Origin: an uncultured Thermoplasmatales archaeon
GTDB lineage: Archaea > Thermoplasmatota > E2 > UBA202 > DSCA01
Length of the DNA: 64,000 nt
Reading direction: 5' to 3'
Assembly: GCA_964606745.1 (NCBI GenBank)
Contig: CAZSHJ010000001.1
Location: 18,091-82,090 of the forward strand
Shown here: positions 7,858-17,699 of the stretch, in pieces
How the letters are laid out: each line of letters begins with the position of its first letter
Numbering within the stretch: the first letter of the stretch is position 1
The notes under the pieces: generated by a model
What the model was told of the DNA's origin: nothing
What the model saw: the letters and a program-made list of their open reading frames with translations, nothing else
Databases searched by the model: none
Program-made: the position numbers and the translations under genes

Positions 7858-8739
7858 TCATCCAAGCATCATCAAGACCATTTCCCCGATGATTTTTGCT
7901 GCGGCTGCGGCGGTAATGCCGCCAGTGTCATAAACAGGAGAAAACTCGACAACATCAAAGCCTACAATACTATCTCTGATTTCTCCCAGCCAATACAGCG
8001 AATTCAGCAACTCCTTTGTTGAAAATCCGCAGGGTTCAGGAGTACCTACCCCTGGGGCAAATGCAGGGTCGAGGACATCAATATCTATCGTCACATAAAC
8101 GGGCTTATCCATTTCTTTTATCTCTCTTACATTCTTCTCCCCCATAAGTTCCATGGAAAGTTTTGTATTTTTTGAGAATTTCCATTCTTCTCTTTCCCCG
8201 CTTCTGATTCCGAACTGATAAATGTCCTTCGTTATCTCATAGCACCTTCGCATAACACATGCATGGGAAAATTTGTCACCGAGATACTCACCCCTCAAGT
8301 CGCAGTGGGCATCAAACTGAATGATGACAATATCCCCTATAACATCCTTTATTCCTCTGATAACCGGATAGGTTATGGAATGCTCTCCACCAATAGCGAT
8401 TATTTTCTTGCCGTGCTTAGCAATATCCCCTGAAACAGCGGCTATATCATTGAAAATTTCCTCCGTACTGCCAAACAATGAGATGTCCCGCAAATCGCAC
8501 AATTTGCAGTCCTGTAAATCCTTTACGAGTGCAGGACTGTATGTTTCCAGTCCCCATGATGCTTCCCTTATCGCCTTGGGGCCAAATCTTGCACCCGGAC
8601 GGTAGCACACGGTTGTGTCATAAGGAATGCCGAATATCACCCCATCTGCATCATCAAAGCCGTCACTGGCACATGTAAACTTCGTAAAATCCTCGAAATA
8701 TTTTGATGAAATACTCTTTTTCTTGTCAATGCCGTTCAT
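7858..8739 (-). CDS. speB: agmatinase (ureohydrolase/arginase family)
   Basis: 293 aa. Mn-binding motifs [19 protein letters not shown] and [20 protein letters not shown]. Confidence 0.8.
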   Translation of the reverse strand: MNGIDKKKSISSKYFEDFTKFTCASDGFDDADGVIFGIPYDTTVCYRPGARFGPKAIREASWGLETYSPALVKDLQDCKLCDLRDISLFGSTEEIFNDIAAVSGDIAKHGKKIIAIGGEHSITYPVIRGIKDVIGDIVIIQFDAHCDLRGEYLGDKFSHACVMRRCYEITKDIYQFGIRSGEREEWKFSKNTKLSMELMGEKNVREIKEMDKPVYVTIDIDVLDPAFAPGVGTPEPCGFSTKELLNSLYWLGEIRDSIVGFDVVEFSPVYDTGGITAAAAAKIIGEMVLMMLG

Positions 8740-8793
8740 ATACTCTCCTTACAACCGTAACGATGGATGTCAATATAAAAATATTGCTGCCAT

Positions 8794-9237
8794 TCACAAT
8801 TTGGCGGAAAAGATACGATACGGAAGTTTCTTCATACCTATCCTTTTGTATGCCCTTATGGCATTCTCATTATTTTTATGCACATATAGGCACAGAGAGC
8901 ACACACCCTTCTCCCTGGCAATTCTTTTTATTTCCTCCACCAATTTTTTCATAACACCCTTCTTTCTCCATTCCTCGTGGACATATATACTCTGAAGCCA
9001 CCATACATCCGCCCCCCTCCAGTCGCTCCACTCATAAGTTATCATGACCTGCCCCACAATATCATTTCCATCCTCCATCACAAGATAAAAGCCCTTTTCC
9101 CTACTTCCGATCAATACCCCAATGCCTTCCAGGGTTTTCCCATATTCTATCTCCATATTTTCCGATTCACGGGCAAGCATAATGTTGTTTCGAGCTATTT
9201 TTTCCACATCATCCATCGAAGCCATTCTTATGTTCAT
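8794..9237 (-). CDS. GNAT family N-acetyltransferase
   Basis: 147 aa. Acetyl-CoA binding region HEEWRKKGVMKKLVEEIKRIAREKG and a conserved Y near the C-terminus. Confidence 0.7.
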   Translation of the reverse strand: MNIRMASMDDVEKIARNNIMLARESENMEIEYGKTLEGIGVLIGSREKGFYLVMEDGNDIVGQVMITYEWSDWRGADVWWLQSIYVHEEWRKKGVMKKLVEEIKRIAREKGVCSLCLYVHKNNENAIRAYKRIGMKKLPYRIFSAKL

Positions 9238-9334
9238 AACAGTAAAACCCCCATGCCTAAAAAGATTTGTACATCTCCATGCAAATGCGCTGTTAATCCC
9301 TCAATTTTCAGGATTCTGAGAGCTTGTAGGCGAC

Positions 9335-10747
9335 TTATATATTGAAATATTTTTTGTAATCCCACGTTGATATCTGGAAGAGAAAGTCATTCCATTCCTC
9401 TTCTTTTATATCAACAAATGCATGCGAAGCGTGTTTTCCCAGTGCCCTCTGCACAACTTCATCGCTTTCAAATTCTTCGATGGCTTCATGAAGCGTTCTC
9501 GGGAGCCGTTTTATATGATATTTTTTCAAATCTCTCTTGTTCATGGAATAAATGTTTTTTTCAATGGGCTCTCCAGGGTCAATTTTCTTCTTTATACCAT
9601 CCATACCTGCATGGATAAGAACAGCAAATGTAAGATATGGATTTGCTGAAGGGTCAGGATGACGTGCCTCTACATCTATTGAGTTATATTTTCCTGCCCT
9701 GTTAGGAATTCTTATCAGTGCACTCCTATTGTAAATTGCCCATGCAATATTGATTGGTGCCTCAAAGTTTGGAATAAGCCGCTTATAAGAATTTGTTGTT
9801 GGATTTGTTATGGCGGTCATGCCCTTTGCATGTTCAATTATGCCCCCTATGAAATACCGTGCCGTCTGCGATAGCATATATCTATCATTCTCGTCAAAGA
9901 AAGCAGATTTTTTATCCTTGAAAAGTTCCATATGGACATGCATTCCGTTCCCGGCATCTGTTGAAAGTGGCTTAGGCATAAAGGTGACAAGCAGGTCCTC
10001 CTTAGACCCCGTTATCTTGGCAAGAAACTTGAAAAGTATTGAAGCATCCCCTGCCCTTACTGCATCCGGCAGTGCGTTTATTTCTATTTCCTGCTGCCAT
10101 GCGCCTCCTTCGTGATGATGGTATTTTACACCTAATCCGGATGATATGAGGGATTCGGAGAGTTTGTTTCTGAACGACTCCGCAGAATCTATCGGGGCAG
10201 AGGCAAAGTAACCATCATTTTCTTTTATGCCCATCACGGGATGCTTTCCCTTTGGAATTTGTTCCACTCCATGTATAAGCGTTGTTAACTCACTGGCACC
10301 TCCCTCTGGCAAACTGGATTTCTTGAATGCATAAAATTCCAGCTCAGGAGAAAGGTCTACACTGCTATATCCCATGCTTTTAATAAGCTGCATTGACCTC
10401 CTCGCAATATTACGCGGATCACCTGGAAAATAATCATATGTTTTTACATCCAAGACATCCATAACAACCCTAGCCACGCCTTCCCCGTAAAACCGTGGCA
10501 GGGGCAACATCGTCTTGGCGTCAGGAAGGGCTATCATATCAGATTGTTCAACAGCTGCAAATCCTTCAACTGATGAGCCGTCAAAACCCACCCCTTCTTT
10601 CCATATCGTATCCTCCATATAAGTCTTTGAAGGCATCGAGAATACCCTGAGATTACCAACGACATCGACAAAATGACCCTGAATCCACTTAATATTTTCT
10701 TCGTTTATTACTTTTTTTGCTTTCTCAACGTCCCTGCTGTCATACAT
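9335..10747 (-). CDS. glnA: glutamine synthetase (type I)
   Basis: 470 aa. GS beta-grasp and catalytic motifs: KEGVGFDGSSVEGF, MHVHMELF, NRSALIRIP and DPSANPYLTFAVLIHAGMDG. Confidence 0.85.
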   Translation of the reverse strand: MYDSRDVEKAKKVINEENIKWIQGHFVDVVGNLRVFSMPSKTYMEDTIWKEGVGFDGSSVEGFAAVEQSDMIALPDAKTMLPLPRFYGEGVARVVMDVLDVKTYDYFPGDPRNIARRSMQLIKSMGYSSVDLSPELEFYAFKKSSLPEGGASELTTLIHGVEQIPKGKHPVMGIKENDGYFASAPIDSAESFRNKLSESLISSGLGVKYHHHEGGAWQQEIEINALPDAVRAGDASILFKFLAKITGSKEDLLVTFMPKPLSTDAGNGMHVHMELFKDKKSAFFDENDRYMLSQTARYFIGGIIEHAKGMTAITNPTTNSYKRLIPNFEAPINIAWAIYNRSALIRIPNRAGKYNSIDVEARHPDPSANPYLTFAVLIHAGMDGIKKKIDPGEPIEKNIYSMNKRDLKKYHIKRLPRTLHEAIEEFESDEVVQRALGKHASHAFVDIKEEEWNDFLFQISTWDYKKYFNI

Positions 10748-10783
10748 CGCTCCCCTATAGCAGTAATGAAATATAAATTTTAT

Positions 10784-12169
10784 TTACAATCTCGGCAGAT
10801 TGTGCTCTATCTCAAACGGGCTAACCTCCCTATCATACTTATGCCCTGTCTCTATCCTGTAATTCATTATCTCCACCTCCTTGTTTGCAATGAATTTTTT
10901 AAACAGATGATCACCAAGCATTTCCCTCACCAGTTCGCTGTTTTTTGTGATTTCTATCGCCTCTTCCAGGTTCTTGGGAAGGGTTTTTATTCCCATTCCC
11001 TCCCTCTTATCACCGCTCATGGTATAAATATCATCCTCGCATGGCGATTGTAACTCATAACCACTCTCAACTCCTTTCAACCCGGCTGCCAGCATGGCGG
11101 AAAATGCAAGATATGGATTACACCCCGGGTCTGGGCTTCTCACCTCTATTCTTGTGGCCTTCTCATTCCCGGGCTTGTATTCGGGAATGCGTACCAGTGT
11201 TGAACGGTTTTTCTGCCCCCACACGAGATACACAGGTGCCTCGTATCCCGGAACCAGTCGCTTGAATGAATTCACCCACTGATTGAGAATGGACGTAATT
11301 TCTGCGATGTGAGTCATCAAACCCCCGACATAACTCCTTGCATTTTCGGAAAGATAATATTTCCCATCTTCATCAAAGAAAGCATTTTCCTCGCCCCTCC
11401 ATAAAGACTGGTGAACATGCATCCCGTTCCCGTTTTCCCCGTTCAGCGGTTTGGGCATGAACGTTGCATATATCCCCTCCCTCCTCGAAAATTCTTTGAC
11501 GGCGTACCTGAAAAGCATAACCGTATCGGCCATTTCAAGAGCATCTCCATACCTCAAATCGATTTCATGCTGAGAAGGTGCCACCTCATGATGACCGTAT
11601 TCTGAAATGATTTCCATTTTTAACATCCCGAGAGCTATTTTTTTTCTTAGATGTTCATAAGGGTCGCCAATACCAATGCTAAAATAATCCCCTTTATCCA
11701 GTGGAATGGGATTTCCACTATTTTCAAAGCAGAAAAATTCCATCTCGGGACCGACCTTGAAAGAAGTGAATCCCTGCTTCCCCGCTTTTTTCAATGCCCT
11801 TTTCAACACATATCTGGCATCGCCGGAGCTGTGGGTGCCGTCAGGATTGAGAATATCACAGAATAAGCATCCGACCCTGTAAGAACTGCCGTCTCCATCT
11901 TCATAATCCCACGGGAGAATGCGGAATGTTTCTGCATTCGGAGAAGCCACCATGTCACTTTCTTCAATCCTCACAAGTCCTTCCACGGAGGAGCCGTCAA
12001 ATCCCTTTCCCTCCTTGAATGTTCCTTCGAGTTCGTAAGAAGGAATACCAAAACCCCTCAATTCTCCGAGTATATCCGGAAAAAGCATGTTTACAAATTT
12101 CACATCTTTTCCATCATTTTCCAAAAACTCAAGCACATCGTCGCTATTCCTGAAGTTATAACTACCCAT
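10784..12169 (-). CDS. glutamine synthetase family protein (second tandem paralog)
   Basis: 461 aa. KEGKGFDGSSVEG, MHVHQSLW, NRSTLVRIP and DPGCNPYLAFSAMLAAGL. Confidence 0.8.
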   Translation of the reverse strand: MGSYNFRNSDDVLEFLENDGKDVKFVNMLFPDILGELRGFGIPSYELEGTFKEGKGFDGSSVEGLVRIEESDMVASPNAETFRILPWDYEDGDGSSYRVGCLFCDILNPDGTHSSGDARYVLKRALKKAGKQGFTSFKVGPEMEFFCFENSGNPIPLDKGDYFSIGIGDPYEHLRKKIALGMLKMEIISEYGHHEVAPSQHEIDLRYGDALEMADTVMLFRYAVKEFSRREGIYATFMPKPLNGENGNGMHVHQSLWRGEENAFFDEDGKYYLSENARSYVGGLMTHIAEITSILNQWVNSFKRLVPGYEAPVYLVWGQKNRSTLVRIPEYKPGNEKATRIEVRSPDPGCNPYLAFSAMLAAGLKGVESGYELQSPCEDDIYTMSGDKREGMGIKTLPKNLEEAIEITKNSELVREMLGDHLFKKFIANKEVEIMNYRIETGHKYDREVSPFEIEHNLPRL

Positions 12170-12209
12170 TAAAAAAGTATAAAAAGGAGGGATAAAAGGT
12201 TATCGTTGA

Positions 12210-12533
12210 TTACAGATTCTTTTCAGCTATGTCGCCAACGATTGGCACCTTGAACATTTCCCCCTTATATGCTTTAAGCATCAGGACAATCCATAGTATG
12301 AACGTTAGAAGCCATATCAACCCCCCAATTATCCAACCTAAGAAGGGTATCCATGCAAATATCCAGGCTATCACTGTTAGAGGTAGAAACGTCACTATGG
12401 ACTGCTTCGCATGAAACCGAACGAATTTATTGTCTTTCTCAATCAGATAGAAGATAATCCCTGTTAACCATACCAGTATATAGCACAATGCACCTTCAAC
12501 ATTCTCGCCCATACCTAACGATGTTTTTTCCAT
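12210..12533 (-). CDS. small membrane protein (DUF4870-like)
   Basis: 107 aa, two or three TM helices. Matches the HAKQS motif common to this small-membrane-protein family. Confidence 0.45.
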   Translation of the reverse strand: MEKTSLGMGENVEGALCYILVWLTGIIFYLIEKDNKFVRFHAKQSIVTFLPLTVIAWIFAWIPFLGWIIGGLIWLLTFILWIVLMLKAYKGEMFKVPIVGDIAEKNL

Positions 12534-12586
12534 ATTCGTTTATCACCATATGATATATTACTTTATCGAAAAATTAAGAAGAATGA

Positions 12587-13582
12587 ATGCGTTATCGTCC
12601 CATGACAAAGATATACCTCACAAGAATGATACCAGAGAAGGGAATCAAGCTGCTGGAGGAGAGACATAAACTGGAGATTTATGAAGGAGATTCACCGCCC
12701 CCCAAGAAGGAAATCATCGAGAAAACCAGGGACAAGGAAGGGTTGCTGTGCCTTCTCACAGACCCGATAGACAAGGAAGTCATGGATGCCGCCCCAAATT
12801 TGAAAGCCATATCCACATATGCCGTGGGCTATGATAATATTGACCTGCAGGAAGCAACACGGAGAAAAATATCGGTGTCCAACACTCCAGGCGTCCTAAC
12901 GGAAACCACAGCCGACCTGACATGGTCGCTTATCATGTCGATAGCAAGGAGAATTACTGAAGGAGATAAGATGGTGAGAGAAGGGGAATTCAAAGGATGG
13001 GGACCTCTGGTTTTACTCGGCAATGACATCCACGGGAAGACGCTGGGCATCATCGGGGCGGGGCGGATAGGGCAGGCGGTAGCAAGGCGGGCAATGGGAT
13101 TTAATATGAAAATAATTTATTACGGCAGGGAACGGAAACCGGATTTTGAAAGGGAATACAATGCAAGATTTGTTGATTTCGATGAACTGCTGAAGTTGTC
13201 GGATTACATCACCCTGCATGTGCCACTGACAGAGGAAACACATCACATGATGGGAAAGAGAGAGCTTGGGATGATGAAGGAGACTGCTTATCTTATCAAT
13301 ACGGCAAGGGGGAAATGCATTGATGAAAAGGCACTGGTGAAATCACTCGGGAATAAAGAGATAGCAGGAGCTGCAATTGATGTATTCGAAAATGAGCCGT
13401 TCCTGACGCCGGGGCTTACAAAACTGAATAATGTTGTTCTTGCACCGCATGCCGGCTCTGCGTCAATAGAAACACGGACAAAGATGGCAACCATTGCAGC
13501 CGAGAATTTGCTTGCAGGGTTGGAGGGAAAAATGCCCCGATACTGTGTGAATCCAGAAGTTTTCGGTGAAGCAGAGGGTTAG
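12587..13582 (+). CDS. D-isomer-specific 2-hydroxyacid dehydrogenase (glyoxylate reductase-like)
   Basis: 331 aa. NAD-binding GIIGAGRIGQAVARRA, plus the catalytic region. The first Met may be an upstream extension. Confidence 0.8.
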   Translation: MRYRPMTKIYLTRMIPEKGIKLLEERHKLEIYEGDSPPPKKEIIEKTRDKEGLLCLLTDPIDKEVMDAAPNLKAISTYAVGYDNIDLQEATRRKISVSNTPGVLTETTADLTWSLIMSIARRITEGDKMVREGEFKGWGPLVLLGNDIHGKTLGIIGAGRIGQAVARRAMGFNMKIIYYGRERKPDFEREYNARFVDFDELLKLSDYITLHVPLTEETHHMMGKRELGMMKETAYLINTARGKCIDEKALVKSLGNKEIAGAAIDVFENEPFLTPGLTKLNNVVLAPHAGSASIETRTKMATIAAENLLAGLEGKMPRYCVNPEVFGEAEG

Positions 13583-13879
13583 AAAAGAATTGTCTGCAAC
13601 TGACTTCTAAAATGGCATGAAACATCAAGAATTATCTCTCTACTGACCTTTACTTCCCCCAACTTCCAAGATACCAAATTCACCTTCTTTTCTCCTCAAA
13701 AACAGGGTACTGAGAATTGCAGACACACCAATACACCATAAACAAAGAATTATGAAGTATGGGCTCAATGTTGTACTTACTGCCGCTTGCATATACGCAT
13801 ATACATATATTCTACTATATCCATTCCGTCCCACCACCATACCTACTTTTACCAGACTTACCATCTTGTCAAGTCAGGC

Positions 13880-14107
13880 TTATTTGGATTTTATTGCTTT
13901 CCTTATCTTCTTTACAAGTATTTCTATTTCTTTCCTGCTCCCTTCCTCGTCCCTCAATTCCGACATAAGCTCACTCAGTCTGATATGAATGGCCTCTTTA
14001 GAAAACTCTGCAACGCTCGAATAACCAACTCTTGGGTCTTCAACAACCGTCCTGCGTATTTCCTCGTGGAGGGTCTTCGGCACAGAGATGGTACTATATT
14101 TAAGCAT
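13880..14107 (-). CDS. ribbon-helix-helix (CopG/NikR-like) DNA-binding protein
   Basis: 75 aa. N-terminal ISVPKTLHEEIRRTV...GYSSVAEFSKEAIHIRL fits an RHH beta-strand plus two helices. Confidence 0.45.
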   Translation of the reverse strand: MLKYSTISVPKTLHEEIRRTVVEDPRVGYSSVAEFSKEAIHIRLSELMSELRDEEGSRKEIEILVKKIRKAIKSK

Positions 14108-14268
14108 ATGCGTTTATCCGAAAAAGCATTATATACTTTGCCATCTGCCAATGCCACTTATATTAGTATAAAGTCCACTTTAAACAGTGAATTTAAATCA
14201 TAGAATCACCAGATTGAATGATGATAATGCAAACCAAAAATTAATATGCAAAATCGCAATGCAAGATT

Positions 14269-14649
14269 ATGACAGAAGTTCGAGATAATTTGCTCTACAC
14301 GGAAAGCCACGAGTGGATTCTTAAGAAAGACGGAATCGCGAGGATGGGAATAACAGACTATGCCCAGAATCATCTGACAGATGTAGTCTATGCCGAACTA
14401 CCGAAAGCAGGCGACAGATTTTCCAAGGGCGACGAGATTTCAACAGTGGAATCGGTCAAATCTGTATCCGAAATATATGTGCCGGTCAGCGGAGAGGTGA
14501 CAGCGGTAAATGACAGGCTTGACGGTGAACCGGAGTTGATAAACAATTCCCCGTATGATGACGGATGGCTTCTTGAAATAAAGATGGATGATGAAAGCGA
14601 GCTGGAAAAACTGCTCCTACCGTCAGAATACAGGAAAAAAGTTGACTGA
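14269..14649 (+). CDS. gcvH: glycine cleavage system H protein (lipoyl carrier)
   Basis: 126 aa. YTESHEW, GITDYAQ and the lipoyl-lysine motif ESVKSVSEIYVPVSGEV. Confidence 0.85.
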   Translation: MTEVRDNLLYTESHEWILKKDGIARMGITDYAQNHLTDVVYAELPKAGDRFSKGDEISTVESVKSVSEIYVPVSGEVTAVNDRLDGEPELINNSPYDDGWLLEIKMDDESELEKLLLPSEYRKKVD

Positions 14650-14704
14650 TACAATTTAAACGATGGATTTATAAAATAAAAAAAGATTAGGGCAGAGGAT
14701 ATAT

Positions 14705-16681
14705 ATGTCACGTGAAAATTTTAACTCTTACATCCCTGCGGACAAGAAGATACCCGAATTGACTCTTAAGGCAGTCCTTGTAGGCATGTTTCTCGCAGTT
14801 ATCATGGGTTCAGCAAACGCATATCTTGGTCTGTATGCAGGTATGACCGTTTCAGCAGCCATACCCGGAGCGATAATGGCACTGGCTCTCCTGAAACCCC
14901 TGAAAGGCAACGTATTGGAAGTAACTACCGGCATGATGGGGGCTGCAGCAGGAGAGGCACTGGCCGCAGGTATAATATTTACCATTCCTGCCCTTGTTGT
15001 CATAGGGGCATGGCAAGATATCCACTATCTGGAGACTACCCTTATAGCACTTATCGGCGGAATTCTTGGTGTTCTGTGGATGGTTCCATTGAGGCGAGCA
15101 TTGATAATAAAAACAGACCTACCTTTTCCCGAGGGAATTGCAGTGGCTGCAGTCATCACCACGGCGGCCGGCGACGGGGAGGGAAGTGAAGGAAGCATAT
15201 GGATGGTGGTGGGAGCCGTGCTTGCAGCCTTGGTAAAATTTTCACAGGTATCACTAAACGTTTTCAGGGGAAGTGCCGAAAAAGTTGTGGCAGTTGGAAA
15301 GTACTACGTAGCAGGACGTTCTACCGAAGGTTACTTTTATGGAGGCAGTGCAGCCTCGCCCGCATTGCTCGGCGTGGGCTACATTGTGGGACCACGAATT
15401 GCATCCTTCGTTTTTGCGGGCGGTATAATTGGCTGGGTCATACTCACTCCACTCATCATACTGTCGACCGGTATGCCTGCAAGTGCCCCCAATGCCTTGG
15501 AAGGATTCTACATGGTATGGGGCGACTATGTCAGATACATTGGCGTAGGTGCCATGGTGGTCGGGGGATTATATACGATATGGCAACTTAGAAACAACCT
15601 GATGGGCGGAATAAAGGAAGCCATTATGGGGTTGAGAAGCGGAGAGGGTGAGACGAAAAAGAGAACTGATACCGACCTGGAATTTAAGAAGGTATTTCTT
15701 GCAATCGGATTCCTTGTGATACCTACATTCGTGATATACGCATGGGTATCCCAGATGTATGTTATATCGGCATTTATGGCGATACTGCTCGTAATTGCAG
15801 CCTTCATGGCGAGCGCAATAGCGGGCTACATGGCAGGACTGCTGGGCTCGTCAAATAATCCTATATCGGGTGTGACAGTGGCAGTACTGCTGTTCGTGAG
15901 TATAATAATGCTGGCATTCGGAGTGACAGGGCTGGCGGGCATGACCATTGTCATATTGATGGCAGCCGTTGTGTGCTGTGCCGGTGCGATATCCGGAGAT
16001 GTTCTCCAGTCAATGGCAGCAGGTGAAATGATAGGTTCAACACCTTACAGGCAGCAGCTGGCCGAAATATTTGGCATAATCGCAGCAGCCCCGGTACTCG
16101 GTATCGTTGTGAAGGCACTGGACAGTGCATATGGCATAGGGACAAAGAATTTGCCGGCTCCGCAGGCATTCCTGATGGGAGGTATCGTGAAAGGAGTTAT
16201 CGGCGGGGACATGGTATGGCCATATGTAATCGCAGGCGCATTTCTCGCCCTTGTGCTCATATTGATGGATATTCCTGTCCTTCCCGTGGCGATAGGAACT
16301 TATCTGCCACTTTCCCTCAGTATACCCATTTTCATAGGGGGGGCTGTAAGGGCTCTGGTCGACAGAATGATAAACAAGCGGTCAACAAACAATAACAATG
16401 ATGAAGAGTTAAGCGACTGGGAAATGGCCATACAACAGCACGGGGTATCCCCCAAGGAAAGTGCCCACCGTACAGGCCTGCTATTCACTGCAGGACTAAT
16501 TGCCGGAGAGGCAATAATGGGCGTCATATCGGCATTTCTGATAATAGGACACGTAAACCTGAAAATCCTGCAGGATGCACCTGCATGGCCAGGCATGCTT
16601 GTCTGGGGTTACATCGCATTTATACTGGGATATATCGTACTGAGGGAATTCAATAAAGCTCAGGCTAAAAGTGAAAAATGA
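14705..16681 (+). CDS. OPT-family oligopeptide transporter
   Basis: 658 aa polytopic membrane protein. Conserved OPT N-terminus SYIPADKKIPELTLKAVLVGMFLAVIMGSANAYLGLYAGMTVSAAIPGAIMA. Confidence 0.8.
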   Translation: MSRENFNSYIPADKKIPELTLKAVLVGMFLAVIMGSANAYLGLYAGMTVSAAIPGAIMALALLKPLKGNVLEVTTGMMGAAAGEALAAGIIFTIPALVVIGAWQDIHYLETTLIALIGGILGVLWMVPLRRALIIKTDLPFPEGIAVAAVITTAAGDGEGSEGSIWMVVGAVLAALVKFSQVSLNVFRGSAEKVVAVGKYYVAGRSTEGYFYGGSAASPALLGVGYIVGPRIASFVFAGGIIGWVILTPLIILSTGMPASAPNALEGFYMVWGDYVRYIGVGAMVVGGLYTIWQLRNNLMGGIKEAIMGLRSGEGETKKRTDTDLEFKKVFLAIGFLVIPTFVIYAWVSQMYVISAFMAILLVIAAFMASAIAGYMAGLLGSSNNPISGVTVAVLLFVSIIMLAFGVTGLAGMTIVILMAAVVCCAGAISGDVLQSMAAGEMIGSTPYRQQLAEIFGIIAAAPVLGIVVKALDSAYGIGTKNLPAPQAFLMGGIVKGVIGGDMVWPYVIAGAFLALVLILMDIPVLPVAIGTYLPLSLSIPIFIGGAVRALVDRMINKRSTNNNNDEELSDWEMAIQQHGVSPKESAHRTGLLFTAGLIAGEAIMGVISAFLIIGHVNLKILQDAPAWPGMLVWGYIAFILGYIVLREFNKAQAKSEK

Positions 16682-17051
16682 AGGTTTTAATATTGAAATA
16701 GACAAAAATGCCAAACCGATGCGCACTTCGGAGTGGTACGAGGAAGAGGGGTTCATCAAAATAAAGACCGTTAAATTTGAGGGAAAACTGGGCAAATGGT
16801 TCTGTGACGTTCTGAAAAAGCCGAATTATATAATTGTGAATCTGGATGAGATGGGCTCTTTCATATGGAAAAGATGTGACGGAAAAACAACTGTTGAAGA
16901 AATACTGGAGGAACTGAAGGAAAGCATGGGCAAAAAATTTGAGAAGGATGGTATAGGGCCCCGTTCCTTTTACTTCATGCACATGCTCAGAAACAGAAGA
17001 TTTGTGACATGGGAGGAAAACGACTCCCAGAGTACCGATGAAAAGATATGA
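16671..17051 (+). CDS. PqqD-family (RiPP-recognition-element-like) peptide-chaperone domain protein
   Basis: 126 aa. Core LDEMGSFIWKRCDGKTTVEEILEELKESMG matches the PqqD motif (N.tg..IW..ldG.rtv.eI...L...y). Start overlaps the transporter stop. Confidence 0.5.
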   Translation: MKNEGFNIEIDKNAKPMRTSEWYEEEGFIKIKTVKFEGKLGKWFCDVLKKPNYIIVNLDEMGSFIWKRCDGKTTVEEILEELKESMGKKFEKDGIGPRSFYFMHMLRNRRFVTWEENDSQSTDEKI

Positions 17052-17481
17052 ACAATAGTATGAAACTTGATGGAAGCTGGCCGTATTAATACTATTTACC
17101 CTGATGTTAATTTGGGAGAGGAAATAATGGGAGTTGATCAACAACAGTCCACTATATTATTTAAAAGATATCATATTCTTAGGGAGATAAATTATTTATG
17201 TAAATGGCTATTTACCAGTCTCTGCGATTCCACCATATGAAATGCGGCAGCCGAGATTTGCTTCTATTTTCCTTATCAAATCATCTGAAAATTTTTTTCT
17301 AATCGGACGACGATGTTTTAAGGACATATTTCATAAACAACTTTTTTTATAAAATATATCAGTACGAACGGCCATTAAACCACCGATGTAATCAACGATA
17401 ATTTCTCCGATATAATCTACGGAATGTTTGCGTATTTGCCATATTTGTCGGGCTTGGCAAAAAACAGAGTCTTTATCTCTA

Positions 17482-17504
17482 AGGGGCTTTGCGCCCCTGT
17501 TTTT
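17482..17504 (+). terminator. GC hairpin followed by a T-run (intrinsic-terminator-like)
   Basis: GGGGCTTTGCGCCCC followed by TGTTTTTT. Sits in a 650-bp gap with no annotated gene. Confidence 0.3.
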
Positions 17505-17699
17505 TATACCATAGCTCCGAGGACAGGATTTGAATACCATTTACCGGTAAAAATATATTATGTATCAAAAATCCAGGGTTTAAAGCTCATAATACTATCG
17601 TTAATACAACATTAAAAAGAAATTTGTGAATCAAAGGGTATACTGATAATCATATCTTAAAAATAGCAATGAATCGCTCTTTAAAAGTAGATATATCTA

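Noticed and set aside
7608-7865. 85-aa minus-strand ORF, and its sibling at 26263..26484, covering the 145-bp repeat
   Set aside because: Both exist only because the repeat is read on the opposite strand. Their similarity is explained by the DNA repeat, and the plus-strand Cys-rich mini-ORF is the better coding candidate.
13640-14203. Several overlapping ORFs (13752..13988, 13787..14203, 13759..13968) opposite the RHH gene
   Set aside because: Low-complexity translations (poly-Ser/Leu/Ile) in an AT-rich spacer. Only the minus-strand RHH-like ORF has a recognisable fold pattern.
15199-16795. Multiple 60-130-aa ORFs on both strands within the OPT transporter gene
   Set aside because: Shadow ORFs of a GC-rich membrane-protein gene. 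Ala/Gly/Arg-rich translations with no independent support.
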